IMG/VR virus record: IMGVR_UViG_3300023175_000005
Span: 192,559-256,558 of that record
Reading direction: 5' to 3' (one strand)
DNA: 64,000 nt
The position numbers and the translations under genes were made by a program. The first letter of the stretch is position 1. Each line of letters opens with the position of its first letter. The notes beneath the pieces were generated by a model that was not told the origin of the DNA, did no database searches, and was given only the letters and a program-made list of their open reading frames with translations. Positions 9,609-18,987 of this stretch are shown piece after piece.

Positions 9609-9832
9609 TAAAAAGCCTCTTCATATCCTTCATTACTAATAGCATTATAATACAATTCTGTGCCTTTGTCAAGATCTGTTTCAATCGTTTGATCAAATTT
9701 ATAATCTTTATAACAATCAATAGTTACACGGTTATGTTTACGACTTACAGCAAATGCCATCGAATCTTTGTTTTTTGTTATAATCATATTCTTTGCAACT
9801 AGTTTAGCCATTGTCAACCTCAAATAAATCAT
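9608..9832 (-). CDS. hypothetical protein
   Basis: Small ORF with TAATG coupling to the RNase H gene. Confidence 0.6.
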   Translation of the reverse strand: MIYLRLTMAKLVAKNMIITKNKDSMAFAVSRKHNRVTIDCYKDYKFDQTIETDLDKGTELYYNAISNEGYEEAF

Positions 9833-10676
9833 TGTCTAGTTCTGCTTTACGTTGTGCTCTTTTGTTTGCCCAGCCTTCACGCATTTTGTTACGCTTTGCA
9901 AGTTCTTCTGGACTAGGATCGATTGGAATAGGATCATCTTTTGGAGTAATTTGATCTAGTGTGGGTAAAAATGCATCATATGCATTTTTGTTTAATTCAA
10001 AGCCGATAAAGTTTCTACCATAACGTAATGCAGTACGTGCAGTTGTAAAGCCGCCACAGAACGGATCCATTACAGTTTCTTCTCTGTTACTACTGTATAA
10101 AACAAATTTTTCAATAAAGTCTTCACTCAATTGATTTTTGTTTTTTATTTGACCTGGCTTGTAATCACGTGGCATATCTTGTACAGTTAATCTATCATGA
10201 TAACTGTCTTTTTGATCTGAGTAATATACGTTTGTATTAAATGTACGTTTTTGTTTACCTCTATTTGGCTTTTGCCAAAACAACACATGATAGTGACTGC
10301 TTACCCATTTCTTTTTAGTGCTTACACCAAATGAATACTTTGCAATTATATGATTAATTTCTTGTAAGTCTGTTGCGTGTAGTGCGTTCAATACATGGTG
10401 TAGGTTAGTATATCCGCTTACAATATAAATGCTACCACCTGGTCGTAAACATCTAGCACACTCTGAAATCCACTCTTTGCTGAATGTATCGTATGTTTCT
10501 AATGGAACTTCTACATAACCTGGAACTACATTGCTTTCATCTCTGTGATAAACAACATCAAGTTTATCTCCTTCGATGCCATAAGGAGGATCAGTGAATA
10601 TCAAATCCACTGATCCATCTGCTATATGTTCACGCATACCAGAAATACAATCCTGGTTGTAAACTTTATAAGTCAT
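9804..10676 (-). CDS. DNA methyltransferase, N6-adenine/N4-cytosine, beta class
   Basis: DPPY motif IV precedes the DPFCGG motif I. Confidence 0.9.
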   Translation of the reverse strand: MTYKVYNQDCISGMREHIADGSVDLIFTDPPYGIEGDKLDVVYHRDESNVVPGYVEVPLETYDTFSKEWISECARCLRPGGSIYIVSGYTNLHHVLNALHATDLQEINHIIAKYSFGVSTKKKWVSSHYHVLFWQKPNRGKQKRTFNTNVYYSDQKDSYHDRLTVQDMPRDYKPGQIKNKNQLSEDFIEKFVLYSSNREETVMDPFCGGFTTARTALRYGRNFIGFELNKNAYDAFLPTLDQITPKDDPIPIDPSPEELAKRNKMREGWANKRAQRKAELDNDLFEVDNG

Positions 10677-11728
10677 TAATAGTCCTTTGTGTCTACTAAT
10701 TTGTCACCTTCTAGTGCATGTCTATCTTTAATCTGCGGAACTGCACCTAGTATTTTCCACGGACGTTCGTCGCCTACTTTGCTTAGTGTCATTCCAATCT
10801 TTTCAAAAATTGACGTAGTTATCATATTATACGACAACTTGTATAAAGATTCAAGTGTTTTTTCGAAGTTTCTTACACCATCTCTTGCTTTTTTAGGATT
10901 GTATGAATTTGTAAACAATATAATTTCAACTGGGTCAAACTTTTTATTACATGCATCTAAAATATGAGAAAATGTTCGTAACGGGTATGTATCGTTATCT
11001 ACACTTACAAGAATTCTGCTTTTATTGTTTATATCAAATCCACTACTTTTACACCAGTCTTCCCAGCCTTTGCGATTTTGTGTTCTAACAAGTCCTAAAT
11101 CTTGTCCTGCTTCATATCCTGAAATAATATTATTGATGATTTTTGTAATGTTTCCGCTCTTGTTATTAAAAAACTTTTCAATATCTACATCGTTATATAA
11201 CCACCATTCGATTTCTTCTGAGATAGGTTTTAATTCTCCCAATCTACAAAGCTCAATTCCTGCTGTCTCAAAGTCTTTTCTAAGTGTAGGAACTGCCGGA
11301 GGGTGCTCGTTAGCAATAAGTCCGTTAGTAACATAGTTACGTTCACTATCGTCTTCGTAATCATATACTGCTACTGGGAGCCATTTTTCTTCGTTGCGTT
11401 TTGCTGCAATTACACGACCTCTACCGTCTCTAAACTTGCCATCTGTGCCATAACATGGCGGTGCATACTTTGTTGAAAAGCCGTGGTAGAAAAAACTAGC
11501 CTGAATACTTTCGATACGCTCCTCTGTATTCTGCTCTTGTCTAATCGACATATTCCAAAGATCTGGATTGGTTTCGTCGACTGTATCTAAATCTAAAAAT
11601 GTAAAATGTTGGAACTCAGCATTTTTTTGCTGACGGATATGTTCAAATCCGTATTCTCTTAAATTAATTGTTCCGTGATTGTTGAATCCTGTCACCGTTG
11701 AGGTGCCTGCGATTTCTGGTGTCGCCAT
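10676..11728 (-). CDS. hypothetical protein with possible ParB/Srx-like domain
   Basis: RDGRGRVIAA resembles ParB DGxHRxxA; TAATG-coupled to the methyltransferase. Confidence 0.5.
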   Translation of the reverse strand: MATPEIAGTSTVTGFNNHGTINLREYGFEHIRQQKNAEFQHFTFLDLDTVDETNPDLWNMSIRQEQNTEERIESIQASFFYHGFSTKYAPPCYGTDGKFRDGRGRVIAAKRNEEKWLPVAVYDYEDDSERNYVTNGLIANEHPPAVPTLRKDFETAGIELCRLGELKPISEEIEWWLYNDVDIEKFFNNKSGNITKIINNIISGYEAGQDLGLVRTQNRKGWEDWCKSSGFDINNKSRILVSVDNDTYPLRTFSHILDACNKKFDPVEIILFTNSYNPKKARDGVRNFEKTLESLYKLSYNMITTSIFEKIGMTLSKVGDERPWKILGAVPQIKDRHALEGDKLVDTKDY

Positions 11729-11799
11729 AGTATATCTCCTTCATTGCTCTATGCGTTTGGGTAAACAGAATTTGCCTAAGCGTTTACTGTCTACATAAC

Positions 11800-11807
11800 T
11801 ATTTATC
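11800..11807 (-). promoter_or_regulatory. late promoter (GATAAATA)
   Basis: Intergenic motif match. Confidence 0.55.
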
Positions 11808-11823
11808 ATTTTGCAATTAACTA

Positions 11824-12381
11824 TCAAATACTTTCGATTAATGCTCTTTGCATTGCACGTTTTTGATCTTTATAAGAAACTTCTACTAGATTATTAGGTT
11901 TAATCTTAGAAAAAACAAATTCTACTGCACTAAATGGAATATGTGCTTCAATGCCATCTGGCACTGCAACTAGATATTGTTTTATGTCTTTACCGCTAAT
12001 AATTGCAATACTATCTTGTTGCCCTAGTAGGTAAAAATCTGCAGGATTTTCAATCTCTACACCTTTGTTCTTACCTAAACTGTTTTTAAGTTTTACTTTG
12101 ATAAATGCTTTTTCTTTGCCTGTTTTTGTAAACAGACCATTTGCCATATATTTAAATTCTAAATCTAAACCTGTTTTAACATCATGATGATCTCTACCAA
12201 TATCGTCTACCCATTGTAGACGTCCTTGTGTATAAACTTCTAGAGATTGTTCAATAATGTCTGCTTTATCAAATCGATCCTTACGATCATTAAGTTGATC
12301 GCCTACACTTGCTATTAGTTTAGCATATCGATTAGATTGTATTACTTCGCTAAGTACTTTCGCATAAGTTTGTGTGTTCAT
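11824..12381 (-). CDS. hypothetical protein, possible PD-(D/E)xK nuclease
   Basis: E...GRD...LEFK pattern; has its own sigma70-like promoter. Confidence 0.4.
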   Translation of the reverse strand: MNTQTYAKVLSEVIQSNRYAKLIASVGDQLNDRKDRFDKADIIEQSLEVYTQGRLQWVDDIGRDHHDVKTGLDLEFKYMANGLFTKTGKEKAFIKVKLKNSLGKNKGVEIENPADFYLLGQQDSIAIISGKDIKQYLVAVPDGIEAHIPFSAVEFVFSKIKPNNLVEVSYKDQKRAMQRALIESI

Positions 12382-12414
12382 TGTTGTGCCTCTATTGCAT
12401 TATTAACTATTAAT

Positions 12415-12443
12415 AATATAACACACAAACACCCAAATGTCAA
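12415..12443 (-). promoter_or_regulatory. sigma70-like promoter
   Basis: TTGACA-N17-TATATT. Confidence 0.65.
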
Positions 12444-13675
12444 TCTTTTAAAAAACCAAATTCAGGATAAAGATCTAAGAATTTTGTTGCTCTTGTACTG
12501 TCAAAATAATCCAACATGTATCTAAAATAATCACGTTGTTTATCTGATAAAGTTTTTTGTGGCTCCGTTTTAATCCAATCTAACCAGTTGTAGTCGTCTA
12601 TTAGGTTTAAAGTTTTTAACTCTGGTAAGAAAGTTTCAATTTTTTTTACAATTTCAATTCTGTAATCAATGGGTGAGTTGGCAAAATGTAATGGCTCTGG
12701 CCAATCTAAAAATGTTGTATTAAAAGGAAACTTATTTTGTTTAATAAAGTCAAGCAAATTTGGCAAATCTTTTAGATTTAGCAATTGTATTGTAGGCTCT
12801 AAGGTAATTTGAAAATTCTCATATTGGTCGCATATTTTTTTAGATCTTAAAATCTTGCTTTCCAATGCAGACCAAGAACTAGGGTATCGAACATATTCTA
12901 AAACTTTTCCAGTAGCATCCAAACTTATTGATAAGTTTACATGCTTAAACTTTGTAAGGTATTTTTCTATCCATGATTCTTTGATAATTGTGCCATTTGA
13001 AATTATGTGTACCTTTATATGACCGCTTTCTTTTCTATTCACTAATTCTTCTATCAAAGATGTAAATCCCTTCATCACAAACGGCTCGCCGCCGACTGCC
13101 ATAATCTCTTGAGTTCTTTTTGCATTTTCAAGTATATGGTCAACAAATCGCTGGTTGAAATTATTAGATGATGTAGAAAGAACTTCTAGGTCTTTACTAT
13201 TGGTATAAGGATTGCTTTTGCCGAATTTATTATATTCTAGCATGTTCTTTGCAATTTGATTGCTCAATGTAGGGTTACACATCACGCACTGCAAGTTACA
13301 TTCGTTGCTCATTCTCAAATCAAAACTCAGAGGACTAGGAACAACTGTATGGGCATTTTTATAATAATAATCGGCTAATGATTTCCATTTATGATTTTCA
13401 TACTGTCGGTTTGAAATGATTCCCTGTTCTTCACTTTCAATACAACTTTTACAGATATTTTTAGGGATGATTCTTTGATTGAATTTGTGTCTTAATTTTT
13501 GTAAAGTCTTGCTGTTCCATACTTCATCGACATCCTTGCCTAGAATATTAATATCGTCTGAATCTAATTGTTTTGCATAACAACAGGCTTTCATATGCCC
13601 TGTTGTTGTCACAAACATTTTAACAAAAGGATGGACACAAAAATTTTTGTATAAATCTTCTATTTCATTCGTCAT
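12440..13675 (-). CDS. radical SAM protein with N-terminal SPASM/twitch-like domain
   Basis: CNLQCVMC and GGEP; N-terminal FCVHPF..ACC..CKSC. Confidence 0.88.
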   Translation of the reverse strand: MTNEIEDLYKNFCVHPFVKMFVTTTGHMKACCYAKQLDSDDINILGKDVDEVWNSKTLQKLRHKFNQRIIPKNICKSCIESEEQGIISNRQYENHKWKSLADYYYKNAHTVVPSPLSFDLRMSNECNLQCVMCNPTLSNQIAKNMLEYNKFGKSNPYTNSKDLEVLSTSSNNFNQRFVDHILENAKRTQEIMAVGGEPFVMKGFTSLIEELVNRKESGHIKVHIISNGTIIKESWIEKYLTKFKHVNLSISLDATGKVLEYVRYPSSWSALESKILRSKKICDQYENFQITLEPTIQLLNLKDLPNLLDFIKQNKFPFNTTFLDWPEPLHFANSPIDYRIEIVKKIETFLPELKTLNLIDDYNWLDWIKTEPQKTLSDKQRDYFRYMLDYFDSTRATKFLDLYPEFGFLKD

Positions 13676-13681
13676 GCACTA

Positions 13682-14071
13682 TTATGATACTTCACTTCTT
13701 CCTTTATCTATAGGTACAACATTAATATAGCCTGCACCTCTGTCTGTATCTAAACCTTCATCTACAAGCATATTGTAAACAATATCTTTAAACCATCTAT
13801 CAACAATTTCTTCTTCAGGATCAACATCTGTTCCATAACCTGCTTCTAAAAGTTGTTTAATAAAATATTCATTCCAATCTAGTTCAAAGAATCCGTTACG
13901 AATATTTTCTTCATTCACTTGCACATCTAAAACACTTACCCATGGCTCTTTTCTTTTTGTTGCATATTCTTTTGGATCTTTCTTTTTTAGAAACTCGAGT
14001 TTTTCTTTTTCAAACTTTGCCTTTTCTTCTTCGGCTTTTTTGTCTCTAACAATTTTATTCCACCATCCCAT
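13682..14071 (-). CDS. hypothetical phage protein
   Basis: 129 aa ORF with GFFELDWN motif. Confidence 0.75.
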   Translation of the reverse strand: MGWWNKIVRDKKAEEEKAKFEKEKLEFLKKKDPKEYATKRKEPWVSVLDVQVNEENIRNGFFELDWNEYFIKQLLEAGYGTDVDPEEEIVDRWFKDIVYNMLVDEGLDTDRGAGYINVVPIDKGRSEVS

Positions 14072-14140
14072 TATAAGTGTTTCCTTAGTTTTTTGTATTG
14101 TTCTTCAGTGACTATCCCACTAGCGTACTTACTAATTTCC

Positions 14141-15034
14141 TTATGTTCCCCAGGCATTTCCGAATAGGCTAATGTGGAGTCTTGGAGTGAACCTCCAGCC
14201 TCGTTCCATACAGAGCTTCGCCACCTCTTGTACCGTGATGTTGTACCCTTCCGAGCGACCGCCAAGCGGCATAAGATAGACAGGGCATTCCACACCCGCT
14301 GAACGATATTCACTAACTGCTCTACTAACTTCATCAACATCATCCATATCAGCAACAACAAATTTAAGATACACAGAACTGCTGTCACAACGAGCGTAAT
14401 CACGCAAGACGTCAGGTTTGATAGCTGAATCCCAAGTTTCTCCGCTGACGGATAACTTAGGAGAACAACTAAATGTCCATTCAATTCTGTCATTGTTGTT
14501 GATGTAATTGAACAAATCATCATGTAAAAATTGTGTAGTGTTTGTTTCAAACGTGACATTTTTTAAATCTTTCATTTTCGGATGTTCAAACAACTCTACG
14601 TAGAGTCGTTGCCATGCAAGTAATGGTTCACCGCCTGTCATAATCAAATGAATATCTTGTCCATTATCTTGTGTCCATTTGCCTTCCGGCAATAAACTAA
14701 TCAAATGATCTACAACTTCGTCTACTTCTGCAAGTTTGTTAAAGTGTTTAAACTCTGGATAGATACTAGCATATGTATCACAACCTGTGTGAATAATAGG
14801 TAAATCTTCAAATTTTTCTGTAGTTTCGTGTACGCCTGCGTCAAGTAGTGCCTTTACTTCTGGATTGTAACGATTGCCTTCTGCGTGTTGTTCCCAACGA
14901 TTCTTGTCTTTTGGTAAGCCAAAATTCATACAACGAAAGTTGCAACCAAATGTACGTAAAAATACGCTAGGTACTCCTACGTATTTACCCTCACCTTGTA
15001 CACTATAAAATGCTTCACTGTAACGTAATTTCAT
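14141..15034 (-). CDS. queE: 7-carboxy-7-deazaguanine synthase (radical SAM)
   Basis: SEAFYSVQGEG, FLRTFGCNFRC...CDT, TGGEP, ETN, SPKL, RLH. Confidence 0.92.
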   Translation of the reverse strand: MKLRYSEAFYSVQGEGKYVGVPSVFLRTFGCNFRCMNFGLPKDKNRWEQHAEGNRYNPEVKALLDAGVHETTEKFEDLPIIHTGCDTYASIYPEFKHFNKLAEVDEVVDHLISLLPEGKWTQDNGQDIHLIMTGGEPLLAWQRLYVELFEHPKMKDLKNVTFETNTTQFLHDDLFNYINNNDRIEWTFSCSPKLSVSGETWDSAIKPDVLRDYARCDSSSVYLKFVVADMDDVDEVSRAVSEYRSAGVECPVYLMPLGGRSEGYNITVQEVAKLCMERGWRFTPRLHISLFGNAWGT

Positions 15035-15653
15035 GTGTCTGTTCCTTTATATAATTTGCAATATTTGTACCAAACTCTTTATGCACTCCGTAACCTGGAT
15101 GACGTTTGTCTTTTGCCAAATCACTATCTTTTCTTCTTCTCATAGTATCAATGTCTTCTACTGCAATAAAATCTATGTTATTCCATTTTTCGTGTTGAAA
15201 GTGCCAAGGTTTTGCATTAGCATGGTAATTGATTATGTTATGCTCGTCTAAGTAAGATTTTGCTACTCTCATGTATAAGTTAGTTGTCCAATTAGAATCA
15301 TAATCTGTATAAAGATTTTTAAAATATGATTTAATTGCTTTATCGCCTTTCATACCCCACATCTTTACTTGTACTGAATTCATTGATATTTCGTCAGTTA
15401 GTATTGCATGTCTGTTATGAAATGTCCATAAACAAATAACTGTGTCACCTTCTTGGTATTCAAATGTCAACAAGTCGTTAAGTATTTCTTTATTTGAATA
15501 ACCACTCATTCCTTTGTTAATGCATTCTAAATTTAACAATTTAGAAACAACAGAAGGCCAAGCAAGTTTGCTCGGCTCTTCATTGTGCGGCCATATATCT
15601 TTTAAATTATCACCGTATGTCAAACTACAACCAAATGCAATTAACCTTGCCAT
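15015..15653 (-). CDS. SGNH/GDSL-like hydrolase or acyltransferase
   Basis: FGCSLTYG block I, N.G.SG.SN block II, DxxHP block V. Confidence 0.65.
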   Translation of the reverse strand: MARLIAFGCSLTYGDNLKDIWPHNEEPSKLAWPSVVSKLLNLECINKGMSGYSNKEILNDLLTFEYQEGDTVICLWTFHNRHAILTDEISMNSVQVKMWGMKGDKAIKSYFKNLYTDYDSNWTTNLYMRVAKSYLDEHNIINYHANAKPWHFQHEKWNNIDFIAVEDIDTMRRRKDSDLAKDKRHPGYGVHKEFGTNIANYIKEQTHEITLQ

Positions 15654-15760
15654 TCTGCTTTTGCCTTGATAAATCTTTCTGCTAGATCGTATTTAAGTTG
15701 CAGATTAAAAATGGTTGTAGTGTTATAAGGTTGTGTAAAAGAATAATTAATTTCAAACAT
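15641..15760 (-). CDS. small hypothetical protein (39 aa)
   Basis: Hand translation MFEINYSF...EWQG; TAATG overlap with the folE stop; fills the gap. Confidence 0.45.
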   Translation of the reverse strand: MFEINYSFTQPYNTTTIFNLQLKYDLAERFIKAKAEWQG

Positions 15761-16443
15761 TAGCAAGCAAATTCCTGTTGTAGTTTGATGTTGTCAAAGA
15801 ACTCTTTCTTAGTTGTAGGATCATCTTTAAAACTACCTCTTAGCACAGTTGTTTGTGTAAGTGAACTATGTGCCATAATTCCGCGATTCTCGCAGCAGCC
15901 GTGTGTTGCTTGAATGTATACACCTAAGTGCTCGGCACCTGTCGCTTTTTGAATCTCACGTGCAATATCATTTGCAAGTTCTTCTTGCAGTGTGCCGCGT
16001 CTTGCACACCACTGTGCAATTCGTGTATATTTAGAAAGACCAATTAATTTTTCAGCAGCAATAATACCAATGTATGCAGTGCCAACAACAGGCTGGTGAT
16101 GATGTGAACACATTGATTTAAGTTCACTGCGTACTACTAGCATACCTTCATAACGGTCTTCCGAATCATTTGGAAATGCTGTTGCATCAGGCTTAGGATC
16201 ATAACGTCCTGCCATAATTTCATTTATATACATTTTTGCTAGACGTCTGCCTGTATCCTTTGAATTAGGATCATTTACAATGTCAATACAAAGACTTTCA
16301 AGAACGCTTTCGAACTTAGGTGTAAGTTCTTCTATAAGGGCTTCTTTGTCACCTTTTTGCATAACATATGATATGTTATCGCCAGCCCAGTAACGTTTAC
16401 CAGCATCTTCTAATCGTTGTTTTAGTTCTAAACTTTTTGTCAT
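15760..16443 (-). CDS. folE: GTP cyclohydrolase I
   Basis: SMCSHH, IGLSK..R, LQE, HGC...RG motifs. Confidence 0.95.
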   Translation of the reverse strand: MTKSLELKQRLEDAGKRYWAGDNISYVMQKGDKEALIEELTPKFESVLESLCIDIVNDPNSKDTGRRLAKMYINEIMAGRYDPKPDATAFPNDSEDRYEGMLVVRSELKSMCSHHHQPVVGTAYIGIIAAEKLIGLSKYTRIAQWCARRGTLQEELANDIAREIQKATGAEHLGVYIQATHGCCENRGIMAHSSLTQTTVLRGSFKDDPTTKKEFFDNIKLQQEFAC

Positions 16444-16449
16444 TTATTT

Positions 16450-16511
16450 CTCCGAGTTATAGACGAGGATGTCTATTAATTTAATATACCATGTATTTAG
16501 GTTTTTGTCAA
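16450..16511 (-). promoter_or_regulatory. folE promoter(s) and 5' leader hairpin
   Basis: TTGACA-N17-TATATT with CTAAATA in the spacer; ATAGAC-ATCCTC-GTCTAT hairpin 5 nt before the GGAG SD. Confidence 0.6.
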
Positions 16512-16759
16512 GATATTTCTTCAATATCTGTTACATCACTAAAAGGAACTACACGTTTGATAAATTGTTTCTCAGCATCTTTAATTTCGTACAGTTCTCT
16601 TTTGCTATCTTGAGATAATAGAACACCTTCTCTTTCTAGTTCGACATATGCATTAACCGGAAGATCTGCCATGCTATACATTCCACCAAGTCTGCCAAAT
16701 TTGTCTACAGGCCATTCTGCTTTATACTTGCATTTATATTCTTTATATTCAGTACTCAC
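16508..16759 (-). CDS. hypothetical protein
   Basis: 83 aa ORF in operon. Confidence 0.65.
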   Translation of the reverse strand: MSTEYKEYKCKYKAEWPVDKFGRLGGMYSMADLPVNAYVELEREGVLLSQDSKRELYEIKDAEKQFIKRVVPFSDVTDIEEIS

Positions 16760-17348
16760 TTACATTCTCCCAAGGATAAACTAACCAAACATCTTCTTCT
16801 GCTTTATTGATTTCGTGTGCGTAATAACGAACTAATCCGCAGTCACTTGCTAAATTTTCAGTTAAAGTTGCGAAACGAACGTTTTGGTCCCAAACTCTGT
16901 TCCATCGATCATGATCGGGTAAACAACCACTAGTCCAGTCTTTTACAATCCAGTTAAATGTTGTACCAGTGTCGTTAATATCGTCTACAATAAGAATATT
17001 ACTTTTGTTTTCAATAGTAATAATATCAACACCTGCACTTGCTTGAATGTCTTGATTATGAGTTTGAATTTTCATATCTTCATATCCAAATGCATCTTCT
17101 GCCATCCAACAGTTGCTTTCGTTTCCGTAACCTTCATTGTCATCACGCAAACTAACCTTTAGTGCTTCGCAACGAATACCAGTCATGTTAGAAATAATAG
17201 TTGCAGGAATGTTACCACCTCGTGTAATACCTACAATGTAATCAGGACGCCAATTATCTTTATACATCTGCATGACAATACTTGCACACATCTTTTCTAC
17301 GTCTTGCCACGAATAATAATGTTTCTTAATCATTCTTTTTCCACTCAT
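16749..17348 (-). CDS. type I phosphoribosyltransferase (xanthine/guanine PRT-like)
   Basis: IVGITRGG, PRPP-binding ILIVDDINDTGTT, C-terminal WLVYPWE typical of Gpt-like enzymes. Confidence 0.88.
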   Translation of the reverse strand: MSGKRMIKKHYYSWQDVEKMCASIVMQMYKDNWRPDYIVGITRGGNIPATIISNMTGIRCEALKVSLRDDNEGYGNESNCWMAEDAFGYEDMKIQTHNQDIQASAGVDIITIENKSNILIVDDINDTGTTFNWIVKDWTSGCLPDHDRWNRVWDQNVRFATLTENLASDCGLVRYYAHEINKAEEDVWLVYPWENVSEY

Positions 17349-17553
17349 CCATTTCAGTTTTTATATCAGTAATTTGTTCGTTTGCAATACCAGCAGCCAT
17401 TGATTGAACTTGTTCTAGTAAGTGCCTACAAGTAGATTCGTCATATTGTTTATAACTAATTTCAGCAAATTCATTACGAATACGATGTGCTTGTATACAC
17501 AAATCTTTCATTGCATTTATACGTCTAATCCATTCTTCAATTGGATGTTGCAT
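17326..17553 (-). CDS. hypothetical protein
   Basis: 75 aa, translationally coupled. Confidence 0.65.
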   Translation of the reverse strand: MQHPIEEWIRRINAMKDLCIQAHRIRNEFAEISYKQYDESTCRHLLEQVQSMAAGIANEQITDIKTEMDEWKKND

Positions 17554-17969
17554 TAAAATGGTACCTCTGCTTCTGGTTCGTGATTACCTTTATAGTCTTG
17601 ATGAACCATTTTGTAAATTGATTCAAAGTTTTTAAAAGCTTTTTCTAAACCGGGATAATGTTGACACATATCTTTAATTTTATTTAATGAAGGCATTGTA
17701 TCTACAAATTCAGTTTGTTCCCAAGTAATATTGTCACTCCAGTGTGTATCATCAATTGTGATGGTTAAATTACCATCACTAATAGTACTGGCATTATTAA
17801 TATTAATGTCTGATATATTAAATGTTAAATCTTCGTCAGAAATAATGTCTATAGTTGCTGTTGTGATATCACTTATACTAGTTGAATATGTGTGGTCTGT
17901 ACTTGTACCAAAAATAATATCATCATCATTACCCATCTGCAATATTCCTGTATAGTTCGGTTCCGTCAA
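17553..17969 (-). CDS. hypothetical protein (Thr/Ile/Asp-rich N-terminus)
   Basis: ORF in operon; C-terminal MC..YPGL.KAF..F motif. Confidence 0.65.
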   Translation of the reverse strand: MTEPNYTGILQMGNDDDIIFGTSTDHTYSTSISDITTATIDIISDEDLTFNISDININNASTISDGNLTITIDDTHWSDNITWEQTEFVDTMPSLNKIKDMCQHYPGLEKAFKNFESIYKMVHQDYKGNHEPEAEVPF

Positions 17970-18987
17970 AAAATTCTTTGTTAAGTTTAGTGCGCTGTTT
18001 TTCTAAACTTATAAGATAGTCATCGTAGTTTTCCATATAGTCAACAATCTTGGCAGCAATGTCTCCTCTATGTTTTCTATATGCACTATAATCTTCAGTC
18101 CATTGACTAGGATATTTAAATTCGGGCAATGCCATTTCTGAATAACTTAATCTATCAGGTACCATAGGAATAGCATCTACTAGAGCGCCTTCGTACCAAC
18201 TGATACCTAGTGTTTCTTGTAAGTTAGCACTAAACACAAGTTTTGCTTCTCCTAACAAGTTGTGATATTCATTTTTAGTAAGCGTTTGCTCTTGACATAC
18301 AACAAATTCATATTCGGGTAGTTGTTGTTTTAAATCATGGAATATATCAACTTGTTTTTCTGGAGCAATACGATGCGGGAAAAGAATTAGATCACGCTTC
18401 TCCATACCTTTGTATTGATCTAAACTGCTACGTAAATATTCCATAGGCCAACCTACACGATGTGTTTTATCTATATCAACTTGATAATCTTCACCTAATG
18501 TATCTGCAAACATTTCAATATGAAAGTCAGTTGCAAAAAAGTTATCATCATAACATTCAAACATTGACATTTCAGCATGTCTTACCCAGGGCTTATCTCC
18601 AATCAACCTGCCAAGAAAGTCATGAGGGTCATAACTACCAGCATGCCAAAGCCCGCCGATGCTAACATCAACGTCCAAGAGTTCTGCCATATAACGTAAC
18701 TGAATAACAGTAGGGTTCCAAGCATCGGTATATAAGAAATAATCTCCATTTTGAATTTGCCCTTTACAAAACATTTCGCCTATGATTTCTAGTTGTTTTG
18801 ATTTGTAAACATTGGTTCCGCCAAAATTGAGAAATGCCCCAGGCGTTGTTGCCTGAGGCGTCTCGCCACCACTGATGACTTTTACATTTTCGTTTGTAGA
18901 TCGTGATAGTTGCTTTGGAAGGTAATCTTTCCATTGCTTAGTGTAGCGTGTATCAACTGCTTCAATATCTACAATATAAATTGTCAT
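17929..18987 (-). CDS. GT-B retaining glycosyltransferase, GT4/GTDC1(QTMAN)-like
   Basis: FPHRIAPEK; Y..LL.EA.LVFS..LQETLGIS.YEG (E-x7-E); P.VPDRLSYSE. Confidence 0.8.
   Translation of the reverse strand: MTIYIVDIEAVDTRYTKQWKDYLPKQLSRSTNENVKVISGGETPQATTPGAFLNFGGTNVYKSKQLEIIGEMFCKGQIQNGDYFLYTDAWNPTVIQLRYMAELLDVDVSIGGLWHAGSYDPHDFLGRLIGDKPWVRHAEMSMFECYDDNFFATDFHIEMFADTLGEDYQVDIDKTHRVGWPMEYLRSSLDQYKGMEKRDLILFPHRIAPEKQVDIFHDLKQQLPEYEFVVCQEQTLTKNEYHNLLGEAKLVFSANLQETLGISWYEGALVDAIPMVPDRLSYSEMALPEFKYPSQWTEDYSAYRKHRGDIAAKIVDYMENYDDYLISLEKQRTKLNKEFFDGTELYRNIADG

Noticed and set aside
14071-14559. 162-aa ORF overlapping queE in another frame
   Set aside because: It lies mostly inside queE and has no recognisable features; at most the last 28 codons may be real
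16444-16480. Canonical preQ1-I or THF-II riboswitch before folE
   Set aside because: The loop is too short, there is no A-rich tail, and the leader is too small; kept only as an unclassified hairpin
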